Assembly: GCF_009914755.1 (NCBI RefSeq) | Contig: NC_060939.1 | DNA: 64,000 bases | Reading direction: 5' to 3' (one strand) | From: the human T2T-CHM13v2.0 reference genome, Homo sapiens | Shown here: positions 12,782-31,680 of the stretch, piece by piece | Position numbering within the stretch: the first letter of the stretch is position 1 | How the letters are laid out: every line of letters starts with the position of its first letter | Notes under the pieces: model-generated | Seen by the model: the letters and a program-made list of their open reading frames with translations, nothing else | Database searches by the model: none | Told to the model about the DNA's origin: nothing | Translations under genes and position numbers: made by a program

Positions 12782-14639
12782 TAGAGTGTGTTGGGCTGGG
12801 TCTTCCAGCTTTGCTTCTGTAAGTAGTTGAAATGGTCAGATGAAACCAGGGCATCTGTGCTGTTGGCCTTTCACTGGGGAAGGCAGAACTACTCAGCTGG
12901 AGCAATGGAGGCTGGCAGCCATGGGGTGGATAATCTGTACTTTCCTCCTGCAAGAGCAGTGGTGGATTTCACTGTTGGGGGCACACAAAGGTGCCTAGTT
13001 TTCTCTGCTCCCTCCCTGGCCCAGGGGGTGGCAGGGGCTCTTAGGGAGCTGAGTTCTCAGGAGAACGCCTGGTCATAACCAAAATGCACATGCAGGAGTA
13101 GACTGACCTGACACAGAAGGCAGGCCCTGTTTAGTGGGGATAGCTGAGGTAAGCAGTTGTGCAGTACAGCACTGTTTTAAATGTTGTTCTTGTGTAGTTA
13201 TAATAGTTTTCCTTTTCCTTTGAAAAATGATCTAGTTTGACAATAAACTGTTTGATCACAGTATTACTTAAGTGTCCTCACTCTCTCTTCTCCTGCTTCT
13301 GTATTTCTTGCCTTGACTACTCATATGTTCCTGAAATCCATCTACTGAGAGGGGAGCATTACACAACTGAAACATCACTGCAGAGGTGTCATTTATATAA
13401 ACATTATGTGAATGGTGTCACTGGAATTTTTTAGTTCACAATCTATACTCCCAGCTTTTGCATCTGTCTCGTTCACGAATCTCTAAATGATTTGCTTTCC
13501 CCAGGCTGATGAAGACTGGGGCTCAAAAAGACCCAATCTTGGAAATGTAATTTTATCTCCAAAATTAATCAGGACAACGCCTTATATTCATTCCCCCACT
13601 GCTCCTCACACTTGGCTTGATTCATTCCTCAGCCTAGTTTTTTGACTCGTAGCCCTTTAATAGAAGATCTAGGTTACCTTTGACACTTCCATCCTCTGCA
13701 AAGTACAATCTCTGTTATTAATCTCCTTGCTTCATGTGTGATTTGCGGGTCATCTGTCCTATGTGTCTCCAAGTGGTCTCCTAGAAAAGGAATAGAATAT
13801 AGAATATGATAAACCTAGGACAGCAGTTAACCCAGTGACCATTCACTCTCCTGACCCTCCGGGAGATCAGATGTGCTAACACTTCATGATCCTGGAAAAG
13901 GCTGACTCATTTCTCTGGTACAATCTACCCTAACTTAAAATCCTTTAGAAAGTCCCTGGAACAAACATGATTCTCTCCAGACAACAGATCAGAGAAGCTT
14001 TAAGAACAATTCTAGCCTTTGTAATACTTAGGGAGCAGGGCAACCAAATGGCTTCATGGAAAGAGCCCTAAAATGGGAGTTATGGGATCTATGGAGACCA
14101 CCTAAGAATGCACCTCTGAAAAATACAGCTTGGTAATCCACAACCTGATAACTGTGTCTTAGATTCCCTTGCTGGGGCTGCACAACAAACCCCTGAGAGA
14201 GACTAAAGCATACATTGCACTGTGAGTACAGCATGAATTCTGGTTGCCTTTGCCATGGGGAATGTCCTCCATTGACTAACCCAGGGTCCACATTGGGCTG
14301 ACCTTCTTCAGCACAAGGTCATTTACCTATTCTACTCCATCTTCAGCCTGTTAGGAGGGCTGCTTTTTGTCTCTACTTGTCCTCTGTAGCCTTCCCATAA
14401 ATCAAAGTTCTAGGATAGTATCATACACTCCAGACAGGGCAGGACAGGTCCTTCTACTTTCATTGTCCTTAACTTTCACTGTCCTTAACTTGAGCTCGCT
14501 GCATGTCCTACAGGACTGGCTCAACCTTGCTATCCTTACCAACCTCACCAAAACCCTTCTGCTAAGATCACCTCCTAATTGAAGAGTGAAAAGATTCTTT
14601 TCCATTTATACTATAGTTATACTTTTCAGCTTTAAATAC

Positions 14640-16469
14640 CACTTAGTTTTGTTTTGTTTGCTTTTATTACTTTAATTTTTAAAACATTACATACTGTATT
14701 GTACTATACTTACAGAGAATTATGTATATACTTACACTTGCATAGATCAGTATGCATTGGTCTGTATTCATGACACAGAGGATATGGAACAATTCTAACA
14801 CCCTGAATAATTCTCTTTTCCTGTCCCTTTGTATTCAGTCTCCCCCTTCCTAATCCTTAACAACCACTGACAAGTTTTCTGTCTTACATTTTTTTACTTT
14901 TCCATAATGTCATATAAATAGAATCATATAAAATGTAAGTTTTTGAGACTAGGTTCTTTTACTTAGCACACTGAGAATCAGGGACATTGGGCAATGTCTG
15001 GAGACCTTGTTAGTTAACTTGTCAGGGAAGAGTGTTACTGTCATCTAGTGGATAAAGTCCAAGGATGCAACAAAATAACCTACAGTGCACAGGATGCCCT
15101 ACAAGTCATTCGGCCCAAAAAAGTCAAGAGCCCTGCTGTTGAGAAATCTTAATTTAGCACAATGTACTTGAGATTCATTCATATTGTTGTATGCTTCAAT
15201 AGTTAATTTTATTGCTGAGTAGCATTCCATTGTGTGGATGTACGACAATTTATTTACCCATTTATCCCTGTAAAACATCTGGATTGTTTCCAAGTGTGAA
15301 CAACTATAAATAATGCTGCTGTAAACCTGCATGCACAGGTTTTGAATGACATGTTTCCTTTCTCTAGGATACATACCCAGAAGTGTGATGTGTGGCTCAC
15401 ATGAGTGTATGTTAGCTTTTCAGAAACCATGAAATGGTTTCCAGAGCGGCTATAGTACGTCTGCATCTCCATCAGCAATGTTTATGGGTTCCTGTTGCTC
15501 TTCATTCTCAACAGAACTTTTGTCATACTCTGTTTTATACCAGGGTGTGACACTGCAGATCAAGGCAGAGAACAGCTCCAGCACCCTAGAAGCCCTCTTT
15601 GGGGCTCTTTCTATTACAGCTCTACACTCAAAGGTGAATAGCATCCTAACTTCTAATAGCAGAGATTCAGTGTAAATGTTTTGAACTGTATATAACCGAA
15701 ATAATAAAATACAAGCTCTGCTTTTTCTGGCTTCTATCTGTCAATATTTTGTTTGTGAAATTCATCAATAGTATTGTGTGTAGTTTTGATCATTGATACT
15801 CATTAATGCACAGGGCTCGTTTGTGTGAGTATACCACATTTTAATTTTACATTCTCTTCCTGATGACTCTTTTGCCATTCTTTTTATTGAGTTTTAATTT
15901 TTATTCAATAAACCATACCCATTTTAAGTGTACAGTTCAATGAGCTATGACAAGTATATATACTGGTGGGAACACCACCACTATCAAGAGACAAGATACT
16001 TCATAACAACAAAAATATTTCCTCATTCCCTGCAGATACATCTACTCCCAGGCACATACTGATCAGCTTTCTTTATTTAGCTATAGCTTAGCTTGGTCAT
16101 TTATAGAATTGCCTGTAAATAGAAACATATATTATATACTCTTTTGTGTCTGACTTCTCTGGCTGTGCCTGTGTTTCGGGTTTGTTTATGTTTTTGTGTG
16201 TATCAGCAATCTCTATTTTTATTTCTGAATAACATTTCAACTATATGAATGTAAAAATTTGTTTATTCACTTGCTGTTGGGCATTTTAATACTCCAGCTT
16301 TGGCTTATGATGCATAAACCATTAATTTATGAAAAATTATGTACAAGTCTTTGTGTGGACATGGATTTTCATTTCCTTGAGTAAATAAATAAGTATTAAA
16401 TACTGGATCCTATGCTATATTTATGTTTAACTTTATAATAACTGCCAAAGTAATTTCCAAATTGGTTGA
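14640..16469 (-). mobile_element. Several old L1M (L1MB/L1ME-like) 3' fragments
   Basis: Reverse L1M 3'UTR motifs, e.g. agattcattcatattgttgt...ttattgctgagtagcattccattgtgtggatgtac. Confidence 0.65.
14975..15150. mobile_element. MER20 (hAT-Charlie) inserted in L1M
   Basis: gggacattgggcaatgtctggagac...catctagtgg...aggatgc...cctacagtgcacagga...gcccaaaa...gttgagaaa. Confidence 0.75.
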
Positions 16470-16855
16470 TTTATTAGTCTGTTTTCATACTGCTATAAAG
16501 AACTTCCTGAAACTGGGTAATTTATAAATGAAAGAGGTTTAATTGACTCACAATTCCGTATGTCTGGGGAGACCTCAGGAAACGTACAATCATGGCAGAA
16601 GTTGAAGGGGAGGCAGGCACCTTCTTCACATGGTGGCAAGAGAGAGAATGAATGCAGGAGGAACTACCGAACACTTATAAAACCATCAGATCTTGAGAGA
16701 ACGCATTCACTATCATGAGAACAGCATAGGGCTAACCGCCCCCATAATTCAATTACCTCTACCTGATCAATCCCTTGATGAGTGGGGATTATGGGGATTT
16801 TGAAGATTACAATTCAAGATGAGATTTTCGGTGAGGACACAGGCAAACCATATCA
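16470..16855 (-). mobile_element. THE1D-like MaLR solo LTR
   Basis: tattagtctgttttcatactgctataaag...aaaccatatca; 5-bp TSD gttga/gttgt. Confidence 0.85.
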
Positions 16856-17359
16856 GTTGTACCATTTTGCATTCTCAATAGTTAAACCTAAGAGTCCTAG
16901 TTGTTTAACATCCTCACCAACAGTTTTTGGCAAGGTTTTGTTTGGTTTTTAATTTTAGCCATTCTAATTGATGTCCAATGGTATCTCATTAGGGTTAGAA
17001 TTTGGTGGTTGTAGTGTTCTCTGTATGTCAGATTTTTTTATCCTTTATATCCGTTATTGATTTCTGTCTATTTATTTTATCAATTACCAAGAGAGAACTG
17101 TTAAAATCTCCAGCTATATTGTAGACACGGCTATTTTTCCTTTCTGTTATGTAAAGTTTGATTTATGTATTTTGAAGCTCTGCTGTTACACATATACATA
17201 TCAGATTATTATGTTTTCATGATATCATGACTCTTTGATCATATGTGGTGTTCCTTTTCATTTCTGTTTGTTACCTTTTTCTGGAAGTTTTTAACCAATG
17301 TTAACATAGTCATTTCAACTTTCCTTTTTTTCCAATTCTTGCTCATTTTACTTTAATTT

Positions 17360-17762
17360 GGCGAGTATTCAACAATTATTAGTTGCATGCCTGACTCAGA
17401 ACTGGGAACTAGGTACAGGGGCGATGTTAGCGAATAAAATAAAGACTTTTGCCCTTGTAACACTTACCTCCTTTCCAGAAAGACAAACAATGAACAGTCA
17501 TCATAGTATTTCAGTAAATAATACATTGTGAGGTAATCAGCACTATAAAAAAATAACATAGAAAAGAATAAGAAGATTGAGAACACAGCAGGGAGGTGGT
17601 GATTTGTTTTTCACTTTTAAACAAAGGAATGACCATGATGGTCCTCACTAAGCGATGATATTTGAGAAAAGTTTTAAAGGAAGTGAGAGGGTGACCCATG
17701 GGAACTTTGGTTATGAGCCTTCTAGGCAGAGGAAACAGCTACTACAAAAGCCTTATGGCAGG
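17360..17762 (-). mobile_element. L2 3' fragment nested in L1ME-like sequence (16856-18010)
   Basis: tattcaacaattatt...ctaggtacagggg...gcccttgtaacacttac...ctaggcagaggaaacagc is the reverse of an L2 3' end. Confidence 0.6.
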
Positions 17763-18049
17763 GACATTCAACTTTCTTTTGATTGCTAGTTACATTGTAT
17801 ATGTCTTATTTCATATTTTGACTTTTAATCTATGTCTATCTTAACATATAAAGTGCCTTTATGTAAAAGATCATATATTTGTCATGCTTTTTAACTCACT
17901 CTGACAATCTCTATATTTTATTTGGAGTATTTATACTACTTTTACTTAATGTAATTGCTTAGTGGTTCAATTCAATCAGTCACTTGCTCCTTGTTTTATA
18001 TTTGTTGCATATGCTTTGTTTTGTTTCTATTTCTTAGGTACATATAACC

Positions 18050-18543
18050 TCTGGGGGAAGAATCTGTGCCTTGTTTTAGATGTTTTCTCATTATGTTGGT
18101 ATAAGCTGAACATTTATTGCTGCTACTCTTCATGCCCACTCAGGAGTATCCTAAAAGAAAGTGGTGAGAGGAAATCTTCCAGTGTGCAGAGCTGTGGTGG
18201 AACACCTGCTTGCCCACTTTGTGTGAAGAAGAAAGTAGCCTAAAGTAAGCATTTACAAGGATTTATGAACAGTGACAAAGGGTTTACCTCATTAGTCTGG
18301 ACCAAGAAAGAACTAGATTGAAAGGTTAGCCACAAAGAAGTCTGAGAAAGAGGGATATGAATGGAGGTATGCACAAAGTGTGAGGATCCATGTATGATAA
18401 GATTAAGGTTCACCAGAGAGCATCCACTGCAGAAAAACATTAAACAACTAGGTTGACAGGATGATTCATCCAATGGACATAAACCAGTCTCTATCCTCAG
18501 CCTCTTCAATGTGTACATAATGGGGCCATGAATGAAGTAGCCC
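18050..18543 (+). mobile_element. ERVL-family internal pol fragment (RNase H to integrase start), decayed
   Basis: gtggtgagaggaaatcttccagtgtgcagagc...caccagagagcatccactgcaga...aacaactaggttgacaggatga...tggggccatgaa resembles ERVL pol. Confidence 0.65.
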
Positions 18544-21124
18544 AAGATTTGACTGTAGAGCCTTGCATTCCTGGAGTAAATCTCAGTTGATTGAGAGATA
18601 ACTGTCTATGTTTTTTTTTTTTTTAATTTTAATGTCTACCTGGTTTGTTATTAAGGTTTTGCCGACCTCTTGGATAAGTTAATAAGACTTTATTCTGCTG
18701 AAGAAGTGTGGAGAATTTGTATCATTATTCTTTAAAGGCTTAGTGGAATATACCTTTAAAACAATCTGAAAAACTATCTAGGTCTGATATTTTCAGCTTA
18801 TTAATTATCTATTCAATTAAAAATATATATAGGTCTATTAAGAATGCCTATTTATTCTTGCATGAGATGTGGTAGTTTGTGTCTTTCAAGAAATTGGTCA
18901 AATTCATCCAACTTATGAAACTTGTAGTCATTCAGTTGTTCATAGGATTGTTGTATTATCCTTTCAATGTTCACGGGATTGTAGTGATGACTTTCCTTCA
19001 TTTCACACATTGGTAATTTGTGTCTTCTCTCTTATTTATAGTTAGCCTATTGAGGGACTTATCAAATTTATTAATCTTTTCAAAGAACCATTTTTTATAT
19101 TTTATTGTCTGTACAATTTCCTGTTTTAAATTTCTTTTATTTTTTATTCTAATTTTTAATTTTCTTCTTTCTTTAAGATTAACTGATTTTTCCTTGAGTT
19201 TTCTAAGTTAGATACTTAGATTATTGATTTTAGATATTTCCTCCTTTCTAATATATGCATTTAATGCTATAAATTTCCTTCTATGCACTGCCTCCACTGC
19301 ATTTTACAAATTTTGGTAAATTGTATATTCATTTTTATTTAGTTCAAAATATTGTTAATATTTCTTGAGACTTTTTATTTGACCCATGTGTTACTTAGAA
19401 GCATATTATCCAGCTATCTTCTGTTATTGATTTCTTGGTTGATTTTACTGTGATCTGAGACAATGCTTTATATGATTTATATTCTTTCATATTTCATAAG
19501 ATGTTTTAATGGCCCATAATGTGGTCTATCTTGGTAAGTGGTCCAGGTGAGCTTGAGAAGAATATACATTCTGCTGTTGGCTGAATATTTTATAAATGTC
19601 AATCAGACCAAGTTGATTGATAGTACTGTTCATATCAACTGTATTCTTAGTAATTTTCTGCTAGCTTGATCTAGTGTTGAAATCTCCAACCGTAATAGTG
19701 GGTTTTTCTATTTCTCCCTTTGGTTTTATAAGTTTTTGCCTCACATAATTTGAAGCTCTGTTGTTAGTTGCACATATATTTAGGATGGTTATGTCTTTTT
19801 GAAGAAACCGTTGCATTATGCAATGTCCCTCTTCATTCATGATAAATTTTCTTATTCTGCCGTCTGCTTTCTCTCAGATGAATATAGCTACTGCAGCTTT
19901 CTTTTGATTAATGTTAGCATGGTATTTCTTTCTTTATCCCTTTACTATGCATGTTTTAACCTATGCATGCCTTTATATTTAAAGTGGGTTTTTGGTAGGC
20001 TAAAATATAGTTGGGTTTTATTTTCTAGATCCACTCTGATAATTTCATCTGTTTGTTTTATTTAGACCATTCAAATTCAAAGTAATTATTTATGTAGTTG
20101 GATTAACATTCTACCATGTTTTTAAAAGCTTTCTCTTTACTTCATTTACTTTGTTTCCCCCAACCTTTTCTATCTTTTCTGATTTTAATTGAACATTTTA
20201 TGTTATTCTATTTTCTATTCTCTCTTAGCATATCAATTATACTTGGTTTAAAAAAATTAATAGTTGTCTTGGAGTTCAAAATATACATTTAGACTGATCT
20301 AAGCCTTTCTTCAAATAGCGCTATTCCACTTTATGTATAGTGCACATACCTTATAACAGAATGTACCCATTTTCTTCCTATTCCTATGACATTACTGTCA
20401 TTCATTTCACTCATACATATGCTGTAATCACCCAATACTTTGCTACTTTTATTAATTTACACTACTATCTTGAATAAGTACAAGAAAAATAAAAGATGTT
20501 ATTTTATCTACATTTATTCCTTCTCTGATATTCTTTCTTTCTTTACGTAGATCTCAGTTTCTGGCTTACATTATTTTCTTTCTACCTGAAGAACTTCTTT
20601 TTGAACATCTCTTAAAGGGCAGACCTGATGACAATAAATTCTCTCAGGTTTGTTTGTCTGAGAAACTCTTTATTCTTAACTTTTGAAGGACAATGCTGAT
20701 GACTATAAATTTTCACTTTGGCTTTTTTTGTCTTTCAACACTTTAAATATTTTATTCCACTCTTCTTACTTGCATGGTTTCCAATGAAAAGTCAGCTGTA
20801 ATTCTTAACATTTGTCCTCTACTGATAAGGCATTTTCCCCCCCTCTGGCTTCTTTCTACATTTTCTTCTTGTCTTTGGTTTTCTGCAATTTAAATAGTAT
20901 ATGCCTAGCTGTATTATTTTGGTATTTATTGTGACTGGTGCTCTCTGAGCTTCCTGTATTTCTGATTTTGTGTCTCTCAAAATTCTTGGTCATTACCACT
21001 CAAATAACAATATCACTGAAATATTCTCTCTCCTTTCTTTCCTTCTGGCTTTCTCTTTTTTCTTTCTAGCATTCCAATTGTGCTTACGTTGCACATTTGG
21101 AAATTGTCTCTACAATTTTTTATT

Positions 21125-21260
21125 GTTTTCTTCTCTCCTCTCTTTCTCTTTCTCCTTTCTTCTCTGTTTCTCTCCCTGTGTTATTCCCCCTCTCTCGCCT
21201 TCCTTCTTTCCTTCCTTCCTCCCTTCATTCCTTCTTTCTTTTATCCTTCCTTTCTTTTTC
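21125..21260. repeat. Polypyrimidine (CT/CCTT) low-complexity tract; a (GA)n/GACA tract follows at 21388-21437
   Basis: Direct reading. Confidence 0.9.
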
Positions 21261-21846
21261 AGTTTTTGCATTTATATTTAGGATATTTCTTTTGACTTAT
21301 ATTCAAGAATATTGGCTCTTTTCTCAGCTATACCTAGTCTACTGGTGAGCTCTTCATAGGCATTCTTTATTTCCATTATAGTGAGTTAGAGAGAGGAGAC
21401 AGAGAGAGAGACAGAGACAGAGAGAGAGAGAGAGACATCTAATTGTGTAATTGTCTGTTTCTCTTTCCAGTTTCATCCATTTTTGTTTCATGAATTTTGA
21501 CACTCCATTATCAGGTGCATAAACATTCATGATTGTTATATCTTCTTGATAAATTGAGCTTTTTATTATTATGAAGTGACTTCGTATATCCCTTTGGATA
21601 TATCTTTGCTCTGTAATGCAGTTTGTCATATATTAGTATAGTCATTCCAGCATTATTTTTATTAGGGTTGGCATGGAATATATTTTTCTATCATTTTAAC
21701 CTATTTGTGTCTTTGTAATTAAAGCACGTTTCTTATAAATAGCATACAGATAAGTCTTGCTTATTTTATCCATCTCACAACTTCTGACCTATAATTGAGG
21801 TATTTCGACATTTTATATGTAAAGTAATTGTTAAAATGGTAGGCTT

Positions 21847-22468
<622 letters not shown>

Positions 22469-23478
22469 CTAACCATCTATTATTTGTGTTCTTATTCCCG
22501 TTCTTTTGCTTTATCTGGAATTAAATGATTTTTTTTATGGTTCCACTTTATTTCCTTTCTTGACTTACTAGCCATGACTCATTATTTTGTTACTTTGATG
22601 GATCTTTTAGGACTTATAGTATACATTTTTATTTAATCGCCATCTTACTTCAAGTGATATTATACACCTTTGCATGTAGTGTAAGAAACTTATAACATTG
22701 TATCTTCATTTTTCCCCTCAACTTTATTGTTATTGTTTGTATACACTGTACTTCCACATATATTCTAAACTTCCACACTACATTGCTATTACCTTATTTA
22801 AGCAGTCTATTATCTTTTAAAGGATTAAAGTATTTTTAAGTTTTATATATTTACATTTATAGACAACTTTTTGGTGTTCTTTATTCACTTTTGTAGATTG
22901 ACATTTCTCTCTTGTGTTTTTTTTCTTCTGCCTGAAGAATGGTCCATTAACATTTCTAATAATGCAGTCCTTCCAGTGATAAAATTTTATACATTTTGTA
23001 TTTCTGGAAAAGTGTTATTCACAGTTGATACTCCCATTATATTTCAATTAGATCATGCTGTTAGGCACATATGCCTTGTCTTTTGTGTTTTCTTTTCATC
23101 TTTTGATGTCATTTTGTCTTTCAGTTTTGATATTTTTGCACTGACTTATCTTGTAGCTCACCAATTATCTGTTCTGTTGTGTCTAATCTTCTATTAAACC
23201 TATAAATTAATTTCTTACTGTCAGATACAGTGTTGTCAGTTCTAAAGTTTCAGTTTACAGATCCTGTACTCTATAAAACTTGTCATATTTTCCCACTTTT
23301 AAAAGCATTTTTATCATAGTTATTTTAACTTGACTATCTGGATCTCCTGTGGGTTTTTTCTATGGTTTTCTAAAAATTTTATTTTGGTCAGTTGCTCCAG
23401 TGCTTCAAATGGGAAACCTGAAATTCAAGATGACATATTATAGAGGTTATGGGTTTTACTGTCCTCTTCCAACAAAAG

Positions 23479-23919
23479 TGCTATACTTTGATGTTTCTCC
23501 CCTCCAACCTCATGTTAAAATTTTGTTCCCAATGTTAAAGGTGGGTCCTAATGGATGTGTTTTGGTCATGGGAGCTGATTCTCTCATGATTAGATTAATG
23601 ATCTTTCTCAGGAGTAAGTGAGTTTCCACTCTATTAGTTCCCACAAGAGCTGATTGTTAAAAAGAGCCTGGCATCTCCCCCACCTGCTTGCTTCCTCTCT
23701 TGCTATGTGATGTCTGCATAAACCAGCTTCCCTTTGCCTTCCACCCTGAGTGGAAGGGGCCTGAGGCCCTCACAAGCAGCTGAGCAGATGTCTGCATCAT
23801 GCTGTCTGCATCATGCTTCTTGTACGGCCTGCAGTACTGTGAGCTAACTAAACCTCTTTTCCTTATAAATTACCCAGCCTCAGGTATTCCTTTATAGCAA
23901 CACTAAACGGACTAAGACA
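23479..23919 (+). mobile_element. MSTB-type MaLR solo LTR
   Basis: tgctatactttg...aaacctcttttccttataaattacccagcctcaggtattcctttatagcaacactaaacggactaagaca. Internal 14-bp duplication tgtctgcatcatgc. Confidence 0.8.
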
Positions 23920-26856
23920 AAGGGTTAGGTTTTCTCCTGGGAGCAACTAGGAAGTACAGATCCCCATAATCTAATGGGCGTTTGATTTTAGTGTTTGGGG
24001 TTAGTTTATTTCCATTTTGTGATTACTGCTAAGCCATGGTTCTGTCTTCTAAGATGTGGTCCCTATTACAAGCTTGTAGCCTTTATTCCTAATTCGTGGC
24101 CCTTTTTGAAACTCAGCAGAAAGTCTGGGGTATACCTCAAAAAACTTCCAGCTTGTCAGGAATTGAACATCATAGTTTTCCCAGCAACACACAACTGCTG
24201 CAATCTCAGCTTTTCTGTTCGGCCCCTGAGATGCTGCAGCCTGCTGAACTTTTGGACTCTTAGTCTGCTGCATTTAGCTTAGGAATCAGCCAATGACTTT
24301 AAAGAAATTAGATCAGAGATTTCAGCGTTTACTTCTCGGCACTTCTCTATTCTCTGTGATTTTGCCCCTCATATCCCAGCCAATGTCGCAGCTTGGAATC
24401 CTGGCTTTGGTATCTTTATTGCAGTAAGACAACCACTTTTTGCTTCATTTTGGCTTTCCTCCACAGAAAATTAGAAAATGCTTTCATGAAAAAATCCAAG
24501 ATAAATATGGAGTGCTGTCTCTGCTTCTCTCTTCTCAGGGACCAGAGTTGTATAAGCCGACCTCTGTTAATTTATCTTCAATTACTTACAAGAGTTGTTC
24601 CATACATAGTTGTTAGTGGAAAGTTTAGTCTTAGCCAAGCCAATCCATATGTCCCCTAACCAGAATTATGTGATTTTCCTAATGTATTATCTGGCAATTT
24701 GAAATATCCTTTATCGGGAGGTGTTTCTTTAAAATTCTAATTTGCCATATTTCTCCCCAAAGGCCTAAATTTTGAATAAACTTTGGTACTTGAAGAGACC
24801 CACCTATAAAAATAAATGTAAAATCATTTTTTCTTCTTAAATTTCAAAGCTGTATTTGATCTCCACTGTCAGGTACTGGATCTATGCATTGACTTAGAAA
24901 GATTCACATGTTTCCATTTATTAACCTACATTTTTTAATAAATTAGAACAAGAAAAAATATAGTGTCATGCAACATTGATTAGAGTCAAACAAGACCAAC
25001 GATGTCGTCATTTGAATGTTAGTTAACTTTTCTTAGCTGTAGCTTCCTCTTTTTAGAATATCAATAATTATTCTTTTTCTGAGTTGTTGCTATGATACAC
25101 ACATTACAATGTTTATAGTAGCATTGTCCATAGGGACAAAATTTTTCAAACACAGTAAATATCTTTCAGTAGGCTTATGGCTGAATAAATTATGGTATAT
25201 TCATACCATGAACTAGTTTGCAGCCATGAAAAAGAGTAGCTATGCCACTTGATTTTGAGGGCTTATTTTTAGATAATAAGTGAGAAAATCAAGATGCAGA
25301 CATGTGAATATAATTTTTACATTCTGTAAATGTGCCGATGTGTCTACACATTTTATATATTACATCGAGGAAACCATGGAGGGGCATATATTATGTTAAT
25401 GTAGGTTCCCTGGCGTGCAGGCAGGAAGATGGGAAGAAAAGATGAAAGTATGCTGACATGGGAGAAGGAGATGAGGGGAAGTTAAGCAAAAATGGGGCAA
25501 AAAAAAAGATTTATTTCAAGAAATTAATGTCTATGATGATCATTGTTCTACATTTTTATAAACTTTTATTTACATTTGCTTATAGAAATAAATTAATTTT
25601 CAGTGTCCAGTTTTCAATCCTAGACTTACAGTATACATTTAATATAAATTTATATGTTTTAAAAAAAGACATCTGAGTTATATGAAAGTTAGTAATGAGT
25701 AGAGTAGATCCTTAACCTGAAGACTGCGATCTTGCAAGGGCTAAATATCACACTTACTTACAAAACAAGTCTTGACGCTCATGTCAAGATATACCACTAG
25801 GGCTAGTGGACATGCTGGTTGACATAATCTGGCATTTAGTTCTCATGTTCTTTATACAAAATTTTGATAATAGAAAGGCTGATAATTTAGGCCAGCTATC
25901 TCTTCACAATGTGTTCCTTCTTTGTAATTTATTCCTTGATTCCAAATGAATGGATGGCAAACGATGATCAGACAGCGAATGCTTCGTATATGGGCACAGG
26001 TATAAATTTAGCCTAATCTCTAAACAGCACTTCCATGAAATCCTACGAACATGCTCTTACTTGCCTGAACTTTTCTAGTTTTTCCTCCACCCTACAATGA
26101 TTTATAAGTTTCAAGTAGTCATTTGAATAAATAATATTCACAAAACACCTATGGACTTTCTAGATTGTCATTCAGTCAACAGTTTTAGGTAAAAGACCAG
26201 CTCTGACCAGGGAATGATGCTCATGCCCTGGAGGCCAGTCCAGAGACTCTGTCCTGCCAGTCTCGGGAATGTGGGGAACAATTCAAGTGGCAGATGGGGA
26301 CATGACATATAGGCAGAAGGAAGACCCGAGAAAGCCCACCCAGACACCCTATAGATCTTGTGTAGGTCTCTTGGCTTAGAAAGTATTTCAAGAATATTTT
26401 TCCCTGGAACCTAACGAGCTGGAAGTAAGGTGCCAGCCTCCTTGTGGGAGATGCATGCAGCAGGAGCAAAGTGATTTGCTTTTCCCTGCCCTGCTTCTAT
26501 GACCCCGTCAGGAGGCAGGAGAAGAGAGGAAAGGCCAGAGATGGAATTGTGAGCCACATTGTGATGGGTTTAATAATCTCAAATCACTACCCATAATTGA
26601 GAGAAAACTTGGAATAAGACCAAAGTGGTAATCCAAAGCACCATAGTAACTGAAAGTGGAGAACATTCCTTCTACTAGTATTACTGCCTCTTGTTTCTCC
26701 CCCACCTTTCCTACTGTAAGACTCCTGATGCATAGCTCATCTTCTTCCAACCTTTTAATACCAATTGCTGGACTCAGATAAGTTTAGCTATATTTACTGT
26801 AGAATTCAGAAAGAATTCAGTGAGTTTCCTTCCTGGAACAGCATTCTTAGAATCTA

Positions 26857-26914
26857 TTACATTAGTGCAGAACTAACTGTGGTTTCACCATTGAAAGTAA
26901 TGGCACCAAACTAA
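26857..26914. mobile_element. MADE1 (Hsmar1 MITE), diverged, with an internal deletion
   Basis: TA-ttacattagtgcagaactaactgtggtttcaccattgaaagtaatggca/ccaaactaa-TA aligns to MADE1 with about 21 nt lost between two gca. Confidence 0.6.
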
Positions 26915-26929
26915 TAGGAGAGTTTTTTA

Positions 26930-26931
<2 letters not shown>

Positions 26932-26970
<39 letters not shown>
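26932..26970. repeat. (TG)n microsatellite
   Basis: Direct reading. Confidence 0.95.
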
Positions 26971-26974
<4 letters not shown>

Positions 26975-27260
26975 TGTTGGGGTGGGGGGAGGGTGTTATG
27001 TAACCTATTGCTCCTAGAAATTTCTTCAGAGTATATGAACTGAATGAATTTTTTTATTATACTTTAAGTTTTAGGGTACATGTGCACAACGTGCAGGCTA
27101 GTTACATATGTATACATGTGCCATGTTGGTGTGCTGCACCCATTAACTAGTCATTTAACATCAGGTATATCTCCTAATGCTATCCCTCCCCCCTCCCCCC
27201 ACCCCACAACAGGCCCTGGTGTGTGATGTTCCCCTTCCTGCATCCATGTGTTCTCATTGT

Positions 27261-31113
<3,853 letters not shown>

Positions 31114-31176
31114 TATGAGGTTAGCTGGTAATTTTGCTCGTTAGTTAATGCAGTTTCTTCCTAGCCTCGATGGTCT

Positions 31177-31680
31177 CTACAATTTGGCATGTTTTTGCAG
31201 TGGCTGGTACTGGTTGTTCCTTTCCATGTTTAGTGCTTCCTTCAGGTGCTCTTTTAGGGCAAGCCTGGTGGTGACAAAATCTCTCAGCATTTGCTTGTCT
31301 GTAAAGGATTTTATTTTTCCACTTCTGAAGCTTAGTTTGGCTGGATATGAAATTCTGGGTTGAAAATTCTTTTCTTTAAGAAAGTTGAATATTGGCCCCC
31401 ACTCTCTTCTGGCTTGTAGAGTTTCTTCTGAGATATCAGCTGTTAGTCTGATGGGCTTCCCTTTGTGGGTAACCCGACCTTTCTCTCTGGCTGCCCTTAA
31501 CATTTTTTCCTTCATTTCAACTTTGGTGAATCTGACAATTATGTGTCTTGGAGTTGCTCTTCTTGAGGAGTATCTTTGTGGCATTCTCTGTATTTCCTGA
31601 ATTTGAATGTTGGCCTGCCTTGCTAGATTGGGGAAGTTCTCCTGGACAATATCCTGCAGCGTGTTTTCCAACTTGTTTCC
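31177..31680 (-). pseudogene. L1 ORF1 C-terminal remnant
   Basis: NKLENTLQDIVQENFPNLARQANIQIQEIQR...YQPLQKHAKL. The N-terminal part of the listed ORF is flanking DNA. Confidence 0.9.
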
